64,000 nucleotides of DNA from Eledone cirrhosa. Its lineage: Eukaryota. Made by a program: the position numbers and the translations under genes. Each line of letters starts with the position of its first letter. Position 1 is the first letter of the stretch. Location: the NCBI GenBank assembly GCA_964016885.1, contig OZ024742.1, positions 344,782,001-344,846,000 of the forward strand. Reading direction: 5' to 3'. Shown piece after piece: positions 1-12,000 of the stretch. Under the pieces are notes generated by a model. The model was not told the origin of the DNA. It worked only from the letters and a program-made list of their open reading frames with translations, and searched no databases.

Positions 1-3000
1 ACTTCCGGGAAGTTAGGGAGACCTGGTATACTTGTTAATATTGTAAGTAGACTTACAGGAAGCTAGGGAACCCTGGTATACTTGTTAATACTGTTAGTAG
101 ACTTCCAGGAAGTTAGGGAACCCTGGCATACTTGTTAATACTGTTAGTAGATTTCCAGGAAGTTAGGGAACCATGGTATACTTGTTAATATTGTTAGTAG
201 ACTTTCATGATGCTAGGGAACCCTGGTATACTTGTTAATACTGTTAGTAGACTTTCAGGAAGGTAAGGAACCATGGTATACTTGTTAATACTGTTAGTAG
301 ACTTTCTGGAAGCTAGGGAACCCTGGTATACTTGTTAATACTGTTAGTAGACTTCCAGGAAGGTAGGGAACCCTGGTATACTTGTTAATACTGTTAGTAG
401 ACTTCCAGGAAGTTAGGGAACCATTGTATACTTTTTAATACTGTTAGTAGATTTCCAGGAAGTTAGGGAACCATGGTACACTAGTTAATACTCTTAGTAG
501 ACTTTCAGGATGCTAGGGAACCCTGGTATACTTGTTAATACTGTTAGTAGACTTCCAGGAAGGTAGGTAACCCTGGTATACTTGTTAATACTGTTAGTAG
601 ACTTCCAGGAAGATAGGGACCCATGGTATACTTTTTAATATTGTTAGTAGATTTCCATGAAGTTAGGGAACCATGGTATACTAGTTAATACTGTTAGTAG
701 ACTTTCAGGAAGCTAGGTAACCCTGGTATACTTGTTAATACTGTCAGTAGACTTCCAGGAAGTTAGGGTACCCTGGTATACTTGTTAATTATGTTAGTAG
801 ACTTTCAGGAAGGTAGGGAACCATGGTATACTTGTTAATACTGTTAGTAGACTTCCAGGAATCTAGGGAACCCTGGTATACTTGTTAATACTGTTAGTAG
901 ACTTCCAGGAAGGTAGGTAACCCTGGTATACTTGTTAATACTGTTAGTAGACTTCCAGGAAGTTAGGGACCCATAGTATACTTTTTAATACTGTTAGTAG
1001 GTTTCCATGAAGTTAGGGAAACCTGGTATACTTGATAATTCTGTTAGTAGACTTTCAGGAAGTTAGGGAACCATGGTATACTTGTTAATACTGTTAGTAG
1101 ACTTCCAGGAAGCTAGGGAACCCTGGTATACTTGTTAATTCTGTTAGTAGACTTTCAGGAAGTTAGGGAACCATGTTATACTTGTTAATACTGTTAGTAG
1201 ACTTCCAAGAAGCTAGGAAACCTTGGTATACTTGTTAATAATATTAGTAGACATCCAGGAAGTTAGGTAACCCTGGTATACTTGTTAATACTGTTAGTAG
1301 ACTTCCAGGAATCTAGGGAACCCTGGTATGCTTGTTAATACTGTTAGTAGATTTCCAGGAAGTTAGGGAACTATGGTATACTTGTTAATACTGTTAGTAG
1401 ACTTTCAGGACGCTAGGGAACCATGGTATACTTGCTAAACTGTTAGTAGACTTCCAGGAAGATAGGGAACCCTGGTATACTTGTTAATACTGTTAGTAGA
1501 TTTCCAGGAAGCTAGGGAACCCTGGTATACTTGTTAATACTGTTAGTAGACTTCCAGGAAGTTAGGGAACCATGGAATACTTGTTAATACTGTTAGTAGA
1601 TTTCCAGGAAGTTAGGAAACCATGGTTTTCTTGTTAATACTGTTAGTAGATTTCCAGGAAGTTAGGGAACTATGGTATACTTGTTAATACTGTTAGTAGA
1701 CATCGAGGAAGTTAGGGAACCCTGGTATACTTGTTAATACTGTTAGTAGATTTCCAGGAAGTTACGGAACCCTGGTATACTTGTTAATACTGTTAGTAGA
1801 TTTCCAGGAAGTTAGGGAACCCTGGTATACATGTTAATTCTGTTAGTAGACTTTCAGGAAGGTAGGGAACCATGGTATACTTGTTAATACTGTTAGTAGA
1901 CTTCCAGGAAGCTAGGGAACCCTGGTATACTTGTTAATACTGTTAGTAGACTTCCAGGAAGGTAGGTAACCCTGGTATACTTGTTAATACTGTTAGTAGA
2001 CTTCCAGGAAGTTAGGGACCCATGGTATACTTTTTAATACTGTTAGTAGATTTCCATGAAGTTAGGGAACAATGGTATACTACTTAATACTGTTAGTAGA
2101 CTTTCAGGAAGCTAGGTAACCCTGGTATACTTGTTAATACTATTAGTAGACTTCCAGGAAGTTAGTGAACCCTGGTATACTTGTTAATACCGTTAGTAGA
2201 CTTCCAAGAAGCTAGGAAACCTTGGTATACTTGTTAATAATGTTAGTAGACTTCCAGGAAGTTAGGGAACCCTGGTATACTTGTTAATACTGTTAGTAGA
2301 CTTCCAGGAATCTAGGGAACCCTGGTATACTTGTTAATACTGTTAGTAGATTTCCAGGAAGTTAGGGAACCATGGTATACTTGTTAATACTGTTAGTAGA
2401 CTTTCAGGACGCTAGGGAACCATGGTATACATGTTAAACTGTTAGTAGACTTCCAGGAAGATAGGGATCCCTGGTATACTTGTTAATACTGTTAGTAGAC
2501 TTTCAGGAAGTTAGGGAACCCTGGTATACTTGTTAATACTGTTAGTAGACTTCCAGGAAGTTGGGGAACCCTGGTATACTTGTTAATACTGTTAGTAGCC
2601 TTCCGGGAAGTTAGGGAACCCTGGTATAATTGTTAATATTTTTAGTAGACTTCCAGGAAGCTAGGGAGCGCTGTTATACTTGTTAATACTGTTAGTAGAC
2701 TTCCAGGAAGTTAGGGAACCCTGGTATACTTGTTAATACTGTTAGTAGATTTCTAGGAAGATAGGGGACCATGGTATACTTGTTAATATTGTTAGTAGAC
2801 TTTCAGGAAGTTAGGGAACCCTGGTATACTTGTTAATACTGTTAGTAGACTTCCAGGATTTGGGGAACCCTGGTATACTTGTTAATACTGTTAGTAGACT
2901 TCCAGGAAGTTGGGGAACCCTGGTATACTTGTTAATACTGTTAGTAGCCTTCCGGGAAGTTATGGAACCCTGGTATAATTGTTAATATTTTTAGTAGACT

Positions 3001-6000
3001 TCCAGGAAGCTAGGGAGCGCTGTTATACTTGTTAATACTGTTAGTAGACTTCCAGGAAGTTAGGGAACCCTGGTATACTTGTTAATACTGTTAGTAGATT
3101 TCTAGGAAGATAGGGAACCATGGTATACTTGTTAATATTGTTAGTAGACTTTCAGGAAGCTAGGGAGCGCTGTTATACTTGTTAATACTGTTAGTAGATT
3201 TCCAGGAAGTTAGGGAACCATGGTATACTTGTTAATACCGTTATCAGACTTCCGGGAAGTTAGGGAACCCTGGTATACTTGTTGATACTGTTAGTAGACT
3301 TCCAGGAAGTTAGGTTACCCTGGTATACTTGTTAATACTGTTAGTAGACATTCAGGAAGCTAGGAAACCCTGGTAAACTTGTTAATACTGTTAGTAGACT
3401 TCCAGGAAGTTAGGGAACCATGGTATACTTGTTAATACTCTTAGTAGATTTCCAGGAAGTTAGGGAACCATGCTTTTCTTGTTAATACTGTTAGTAGACT
3501 TCCAGGAAGGTAGGGAACCCTGGTATACTTGTTTACACTGTTAGTAGACTTCCAGGAAGTTAGGGAACCATGGTGTACTTTTTAATACTGTTAGTAGATT
3601 TCCAGGAAGTTAGGGAACCATGGTACACTAGTTAATACTGTTAGTAGACTTTCAGGAAGTTAGGGAACCCTGGTATATTTGTTAATACTGTTAGTAGACT
3701 TCCAGGAAGCTAGGGAACCCTGGTATACTTGTTAATACTGTTAGTAGATTTCCAGGAAGTTACCGAACCATGGTATACTTGTTAATATTGTTAGTAGACT
3801 TTCAGGAAGCTAGGAAACCCTGGTATACTTGTTAATACTGTTAGTTGATTTCCAGGAAGTTAGGGAACCAGGGTATACTTGTTAAACTGTTAGTAGACTT
3901 CCAGGAAGATAGGGAACCCTGGTATACTTGTTAATACTGTTAGTAGATTTCCAGGAAGTTAGGGAACCCTGGTACACTTGTTAATAGTGTTAGTAGACTT
4001 CCAGGAAGTTGGGGAACCCTGGTATATATGTTAATACTGTTAGTAGACTTCCAGGAAGTTGCGGAACCCTGGTATACTTGTTAATAATGTTAGTAGACTT
4101 CCTGGAAGTTAGGGAACCCTGGTATACTTCTTAATATTGTTAGTAGACTTCCAGGAAGCTAGGGAACCCTGGTATACTTGTTAATACTGTTAGTAGACTG
4201 CCAGGAAGTTAGGGAACCCTGGTATACTTGTTAATACTGTTAGTAGATTTCCAGGAAGTTAGAGAACCATGGTATACTTGTTAATACTGTTAGTAGATTT
4301 CCAGGAAGTTAGGGAACCCTGGTATACTTGTTAATTCTGTTAGTAGACTTTCAGGAAGGTAGGGAACCATGGTATACTTGTTTATACTGTTAGTAAACTT
4401 CCAGGAAGCTAGGGAACCCTGGTATACTTGTTAATACTGTTAGTAGACTTCCAGGAAGGTAGGGAACCCTGGTATACTTGTTAATACTGTTAGTAGACTT
4501 CCAGGAAGTTAGGGAACCATGGTATACTTTTTAATACTGTTAGTAGATTTCCAGGAAGTTAGGAAACCATGGTACACTAGTTAATACTATTAGTAGACTT
4601 TCAGGATGCTAGGGAACCCTGGTATACTTGTTAATACTGTTAGTAGACTTCCAGGAAGGTAGGTAACCCTGGTATACTTGTTAATACTGTTAGTAGACTT
4701 CCAGGAAGTTAGGGACCCATGGTATACTTTTTAATACTGTTAGTAGATTTCCATGAAGTTAGGGAACCATGGTATACTAGTTAATACTGTTAGTAGACTT
4801 TCAGGAAGCTAGGTAACCCTGGTATACTTGTTAATACTGTCAGTAGACTTCCAGGAAGTTAGGGTACCCTGGTATACTTGTTAATTATGTTAGTAGACTT
4901 TCAGGAAGGTAGGGAACCATGGTATACTTGTTAATACTGTTAGTAGACTTCCAGGAATCTAGGGAACCCTGGTATACTTGTTAATACTGTTAGTAGACTT
5001 CCAGGAAGGTAGGTAACCCTGGTATACTTGTTAATACTGTTAGTAGACTTCCAGGAAGTTAGGGACCCATAGTATACTTTTTAATAGTGTTAGTAGGTTT
5101 CCATGAAGTTAGGGAACCCTGGTATACTTGTTAATTCTGTTAGTAGACTTTCAGGAAGTTGGGGAACCATGGTATACTTGTTAATACTGTTAGTAGACTT
5201 CCAGGAAGCTAGGGAACCCTGGTATACTTGTTAATTCTGTTAGTAGACTTTCAGGAAGGTAGGGAACCATGTTATACTTGTTAATACAGTTAGTAGACTT
5301 CCAAGAAGCTAGGAAACCTTGGTATACTTGTTAATACTGTTAGTAGACTTCCAGGAATCTAGAGAACCCTGGTATGCTTGTTAATACTGTTAGTAGATTT
5401 CCAGGAAGTTAGGGAACGATGGTATACTTGTTAATACTGTTAGTAGACTTTCAGGACGCTAGGGAACCATGGTATACTTGTTAAACTGTTAGTAGACTTC
5501 CAGGAAGATAGGGAACCCTGGTATACTTGTTAATACTGTTAGTAGATTTCCAGGAAGTTAGGGAACCATGGAATACTTGTTAATACTGTTAGTAGATTTC
5601 CAGGAAGTTAGGAGACCATGGTTTTCTTGTTAATACTGTTAGTAGATTTCCAGGAAGTTAGGGAACTATGGTATACTTGTTAATACTGTTAGTAGACTTC
5701 GAGGAAGTTAGGGAACCCTGGTATACTTGTTAATACTCTTAGTAGATTTCCAGGAAGTTACGGAACCCTGGTATACTTGTTAATATTGTTAGTAGATTTC
5801 CAGGAAGTTAGGGAACCCTGGTATACATGTTAATTCTGTTAGTAGACTTTCAGGAAGGTAGGGAACCATGGTATACTTGTTAATACTGTTAGTAGACTTC
5901 CAGGAAGCTAGGGAACCCTGGTATACTTGTTAATACTGTTAGTAGACTTCCAGGAAGGTAGGTAACCCTGGTATACTTGTTAATACTGTTAGTAGACTTC

Positions 6001-9000
6001 CAGGAAGTTAGGGACCCATGGTATACTTTTTAATACTGTTAGTAGATTTCCATGAAGTTAGGGAACCATGGTATACTACTTAATACTGTTAGTAGACTTT
6101 CAGGAAGCGAGGGAACCCTGGTATACTTGTTAATACTGTTAGTAGACTTCCAGGAAGTTAGGGAACCCTGGTATACTTGTTAATACTGTTAGTAGACTTC
6201 CAAGAAGCTAGGAAACCTTGGTATACATGTTAATAATGTTAGTAGACTTCCAGGAAGTTAGGGAACCCTGGTATACTTGTTAATACTGTTAGTAGACTTA
6301 CAGGAATCTAGGGAACCATGGTATACTTGTTAATACTGTTAGTAGACTTTCAGGACGCTAGGGAACCGTGGTATACATGTTAAACTGTTAGTAGACTTCC
6401 AGGAAGATAGGGAACCCTGGTATACTTGTTAATACTGTTAGTAGACTTTCAGGAGGCTAGGGAACCCTGGTATACATGTTAATAGTGTTAGTAGACTTTC
6501 AGGAAGTTAGGGAGCCCTGGTATACTTGTTAATACTGTAAGTAGACTTTCAGGAAGGTAAGGAACCATGGTATACTTGTTAATACTCTTAGTAGACTTCC
6601 AGGAAGATAAGGAACCCTGGTATACTTGTTAATACTGTTAGTAGACTTCCAGGAAGGTAGGGAACCCTGGTATACTTGTTAATACTGTTAGTAGACTTTC
6701 AGGAAGTTAGGGAACCCTGGTATACTTGTTAATACTGTTAGTAGACTTCCAGGAAGTTGGGGAACCATGGTATACTTGTTAATACTGTTAGTAGACTTCC
6801 AGGAAGTTGGGGAACCCTGGTATACTTGTTAATACTGTTAGTAGACTTCCGGGAAGTTAGGGAACCCTGGTATAATTGTTAATATTTTTAGTAGACTTCC
6901 AGGAAGCTAGGGAGCGCTGTTATACATGTTAATACTGTTAGTAGACTTCCAGGAAGTTAGGGAACCCTGGTATACTTGTTGATACTGTTAGTAGACTTCC
7001 AGGAAGTTAGGGTACCCTGGTATACTTGTTAATACTGTTAGTAGACTTTCAGGAAGCTAGGGAACCCTGGTAAACTTGTTAATACTGTTAGTAGACTTCC
7101 AGGAAGTTAGGGAACCATTGTATACTTGTTAATACTCTTAGTAGATTTCCAGGAAGTTAGGGAACCATGCTTTTCTTGTTAATACTGTTAGTAGATTTCC
7201 AGGAAGTTAGGGAACCCTGGTATACTTGTTAATTGTGTTAGTAGACTTTCAGGAATGTAGGGAACCATGGTATACTTGTTAATACTGTTAGTAAACTTCC
7301 AGGAAGCGAGGGAACCCTGGTATACTTGTTAATACTGTTAGTAGACTTCCAGGAAGTTAGGGAACCATGGTATACTTTCTAATACTGTTAGTAGATTTCC
7401 AGGAAGTTAGGGAACCATGGTACACTAGTTAATACTGTTAGTAGACTTTCAGGAAGTTAGGGAACCCTGGTATACTTGTTAATACTGTTAGTAGACTTCC
7501 AGGAAGCTAGGGAACCCTGGTATACTTGTTAATACTGTTAGTAGATTTCCAGGAAGTTACCGAACCATGGTATACTTGTTAATATTGTTAGTAGACTTTC
7601 AGGAAGCTAGGGAACCCTGGTATAATTGTTAATACTGTTAGTTGATTTCCAGGAAGTTAGGGAACCATGGTATACTTGTTAAACTGTTAGTAGACTTCCA
7701 GGAAGATAGGGAACCCTGGTATACTTGTTAATACTGTTAGTAGATTTCCAGGAAGTTAGGGAACCCTGGTACACTTGTTAATAGTGTTAGTAGACTTCCA
7801 GGAAGTTGGGGAACCCTGGTATATATGTTAATACTGTTAGTAGACTTCCAGGAAGTTGCGGAACCCTGGTATACTTGTTAATAATGTTAGTAGACTTCCT
7901 GGAAGTTAGGGAACCCTGGTATACTTGTTAATATTGTTAGTAGACTTCCAGGAAGCTAGGGAACCCTGGTATACATGTTAATACTGTTAGTAGACTGCCA
8001 GGAAGTTAGGGAACCCTGGTATACTTGTTAATACTGTTAGTAGATTTCCAGGAAGTTAGGGAACCATGGTATACTTGTTAATATTGTTAGTAGACTTTCA
8101 GGAAGCTAGGGAACCCTGGTATACTTGTTAATATATTTAGTAGACTTCCAGGAAGGTAGGGAACCCTGGTATACTTGTTAATATTGTTAGTAGACTTACA
8201 GGAAGGTAGGGAACCATGGTATACTTGTTAATACTGTTAGTAGACTTTCAGGAAGTTAGGGAACCCTGGTATACTTGTTAATACTGTTAGTAGAATTCCA
8301 GAAAGATGGGGATCCCTGGTATACTTGTTAACACTATTAGTAGACTTCCAGGAAGTTAGGGAACCCTGGTATACTTGTTAATATTGTTAGTAGACTTCCA
8401 GGAATTTAGGGAACCATGGTATACTTGTTAATACTGTTAGTAGACTTCCAAGAAGCTAGGGAACCCTGGTATACTTGTTAATACTGTTAGTAGACATCCG
8501 GGAAGTTAGGGAGACCTGGTATACTTGTTAATATTGTAAGTAGACTTACAGGAAGCTAGGGAACCCTGGTATACTTGTTAATACTGTTAGTAGACTTCCA
8601 GGAAGTTTGGGAACCCTAGTATACATGTTAATACTGTTAGTAGATTTCTAGTAAGTTAGGGAACCATGGTATACTTGTTAATATTGTTAGTAGACTTTCA
8701 TGATGCTAGGGAACCCTGGTATACTTGTTAATACTGTTAGTAGACTTTCAGGAGGCTAGGGAACCCTGGTATACATGTTAATAGTGTTTGTAGACTTTCA
8801 GGAAGTTAGGGAGCACTGGTATACTTGTTAATACTGTAAGCAGACTTTCAGGAAGGTAAGGAACCATGGTATTCTTGTTAATACTGTTAGTAGACTTTCT
8901 GGAAGCTAGCGAACCCTGGTATACTTGTTAATAATGTTAGTAGACTTCCAGGAAGTTAGGGAACCCTGGTATACTTGTTAATACTGTTAGTAGACTTCCA

Positions 9001-12000
9001 GGAAGGTAGGGAAACCTGGTATACTTGTTAATACTGTTAGTAGACTTTCAGGAAGTTAGGGAACCCTGGTATACTTGTTAATACTGTTAGTAGACTTCCA
9101 GGAAGTTGGGGAACCATGATATACTTGTTAATACTGTTAGTTGACTTCCAGGAAGTTGGGGAACCCTGGTATACTTGTTAATACTGTTAGTAGACTTCCA
9201 GGAAGTTTGGGAACCCTGGTATAATTGTTAATATTTTAGTAGACTTCCAGGAAGCTAGGGAACGCTGTTATACTTGTTAATACTGTTAGTAGACATCCAG
9301 GAAGTTAGGGAACCCTGGTATACATTTTAATACTGTTAGTAGATGTCTAGGAAGATAGGAAACCATGGTATACTTGTTATTATTGTTAGTAGACTTTCAG
9401 GAAGCTAGGGAACCCTGGTATACTTGTTAATACTGTTAGTAGACTTTCAGGAAGCTAGGGAACACTGGTATACTTGTTAATACTGTTAGTAGACTTCCAT
9501 GAAGTTAGGGAACACTGTTATACTTGTTAATACTGATAGTAGATTTCCAGGAAGTTAGGGAACAATGGTATACTTGTTAATAACGTTATCAGACTTCCGG
9601 GAAGTTAGGGAACCCTGGTATACTTCTTGATACTGTTAGTAGACTTCCAGGAAGTTAGGGTACCCTGGTATACTTGTTAATACTGTTAGTAGACTTTCAG
9701 GAAGCTAGGGAACCCTGGTAAACGTGTTAATACTGTTAGTAGACTTCCAGGAAGTTAGGGAACCATGGTATACTTGTTAATACGCTTAGTAGATTTCCAG
9801 GAATCTAGGGAACCCTGGTATGCTTGTTAATACTGTTAGTAGATTTCCAGGAAGTTAGGGAACCATGGTATACTTGTTAAACTGTTAGTAGACTTCCAGG
9901 AAGATAGGGAACCCTGGTATACTTGTTAATACTGTTAGTAGATTTCCAGGAAGCTAGGGAACCCTGGTATACTTGTTAATACTGTTAGTAGACTTCCAGG
10001 AAGTTAGGGAACCATGGAATACTTGTTAATACTGTTAGTAGATTTCCAGGAAGTTAGGAAACCATGGTTTTCTTGTTAATACTGTTAGTAGATTTCCAGG
10101 AAGTTAGGGAACTATGGTATACTTGTTAATACTGTTAGTAGACTTCGAGGAAGTTAGGGAACCCTGGTATACTTGTTAATACTGTTAGTAGATTTCCAGG
10201 AAGTTACGGAACCCTGGTATACTTGTTAATACTGTTAGTAGATTTCCAGGAAGTTTGGGAACCCTGATATACATGTTAATTCTGTTAGTAGACTTTCAGG
10301 AGGGTAGGGAACCATGGTATATTTGTTAATACTGTTAGTAGACTTCCTAGAAGCTAGGGAACCCTGGTATACTTGTTAATACTGTTAGTAGACTTCCAGG
10401 AAGGTAGGTAACCCTGGTATACTTGTTAATACTGTTAGTAGACTTCCAGGAAGTTAGGGACCCATGGTATACTTTTTAATACTGTTAGTAGATTTCCATG
10501 AAGTTAGGGAACCATGGTATACTACTTAATACTGTTAGTAGACTTTCAGGAAGCTAGGGAACCCTGGTATACTTGTTAATACTGTTAGTAGACTTCCAGG
10601 AAGTTAGGGAACCCTGGTATACTTGTTAATACTGTTAGTAGACTTCCAAGAAGCTAGGAAACCTTGGTATACTTGTTAATAATGTTAGTAGACTTCCAGG
10701 AAGTTAGGGAACCCTGGTATACTTGTTAATAATGTTAGTAGACTTCCAGGAATCTAGGGAACCCTGGTATACTTGTTAATACTGTTAGTAGATTTCCAGG
10801 AAGTTAGGGAACCATGGTATACTTGTTAATACTGTTAGTAGACTTTCAGGACGCTAGGGAACCATGGTATACATGTTAAACTGTTAGTAGACTTCCAGGA
10901 TGATAGGGATCCCTGGTATACTTGTTAATACTGTTAGTAGACTTTCAGGAGGCTAGGGAACCCTGGTATACATGTTAATAGTGTTAGTAGACTTTCAGGA
11001 AGGTAGGGAGCCCTGGTATACTTGTTAATACTGTAAGTAGACTTTCAGGAAGGTAAGGAACCATGGTATACTTGTTAATACTATTAGTAGACTTTACAGA
11101 AGCTAGGGAACCCTGGTATACTTGTTAATAATGTTAGTAGACTTCCAGGAAGTTAGGGAACCCTGGTATACTTGTTAATACTGTTAGTAGACTTCCAGGA
11201 AGGTAGGGAACCCTGGTAAACTTGTTAATACTGTTAGTAGACTTCCAGGAAGTAAGGGAACCCTGGTATACTTGTTAATACTCTTAGTAGACTTCCAGGA
11301 AGTTAAGGAACCCTGGTATACTTGTTAATACTGTTAGTAGACTTCCAGGAAGGTAGGGAACCCTGGTATACTTGTTAATACTGTTAGTAGACTTTCAGGA
11401 AGTTAGGGAACCCTGGTATACTTGTTAATACTGTTAGTAGACTTCCAGGAAGTTGGGGAACCATGGTATACTTGTTAATACTGTTAGTAGACTTCCAGGA
11501 AGTTGGGGAACCCTGGTATACTTGTTAATACTGTTAGTAGACTTCCGGGAAGTTAGGGAACCCTGGTATAATTCTTAATATTTTTAGTAGACTTCCAGGA
11601 AGCTAGGGAGCGCTGTTATACTTGTTAATACTGTTAGTAGACTTCCAGGAAGTTAGGGAACCCTGGTATACTTGTTAATACTGTTAGTAGATTTCTAGGA
11701 AGATAGGGAACCATGGTATACTTGTTAATATTGTTAGTAGACTTTCAGGAAGCTAGGGAACCCTGGTATACTTGTTAATACTGTTAGTAGACTTTCAGGA
11801 AGGTAGGGAACCCTGGTATACTTGTTAATACTGTTAGTAGATTTCCAGGAAGTTAGGGAACCATGGTATACTTGTTAATACCGTTATCAGACTTCCGGGA
11901 AGTTAGGGAACCCTGGTATACTTGTTGATACTGTTAGTAGACTTCCAGGAAGTTAGGGTACCCTGGTATACTTGTTAATACTGTTAGAAGACTTTCAGGA

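Noticed and set aside
5-26. Two CCWGG (Dcm/EcoRII) sites per monomer, or an iteron-type prokaryotic origin
   Set aside because: No prokaryotic context or rep gene. A pure array of at least 64 kb is far beyond iteron scale, and the common C>T change hits the outer C rather than the Dcm-methylated inner C.
20-40. Kozak-like ACCATGG, and TATA or -10-like TATACT/TAATAC promoter motifs
   Set aside because: The ATG is followed within a few codons by a stop (ATG GTA TAC TTG TTA ATA CTG TTA GTA GAC, then a stop in the following monomers). Short AT-rich motifs are expected by chance and have no downstream gene.
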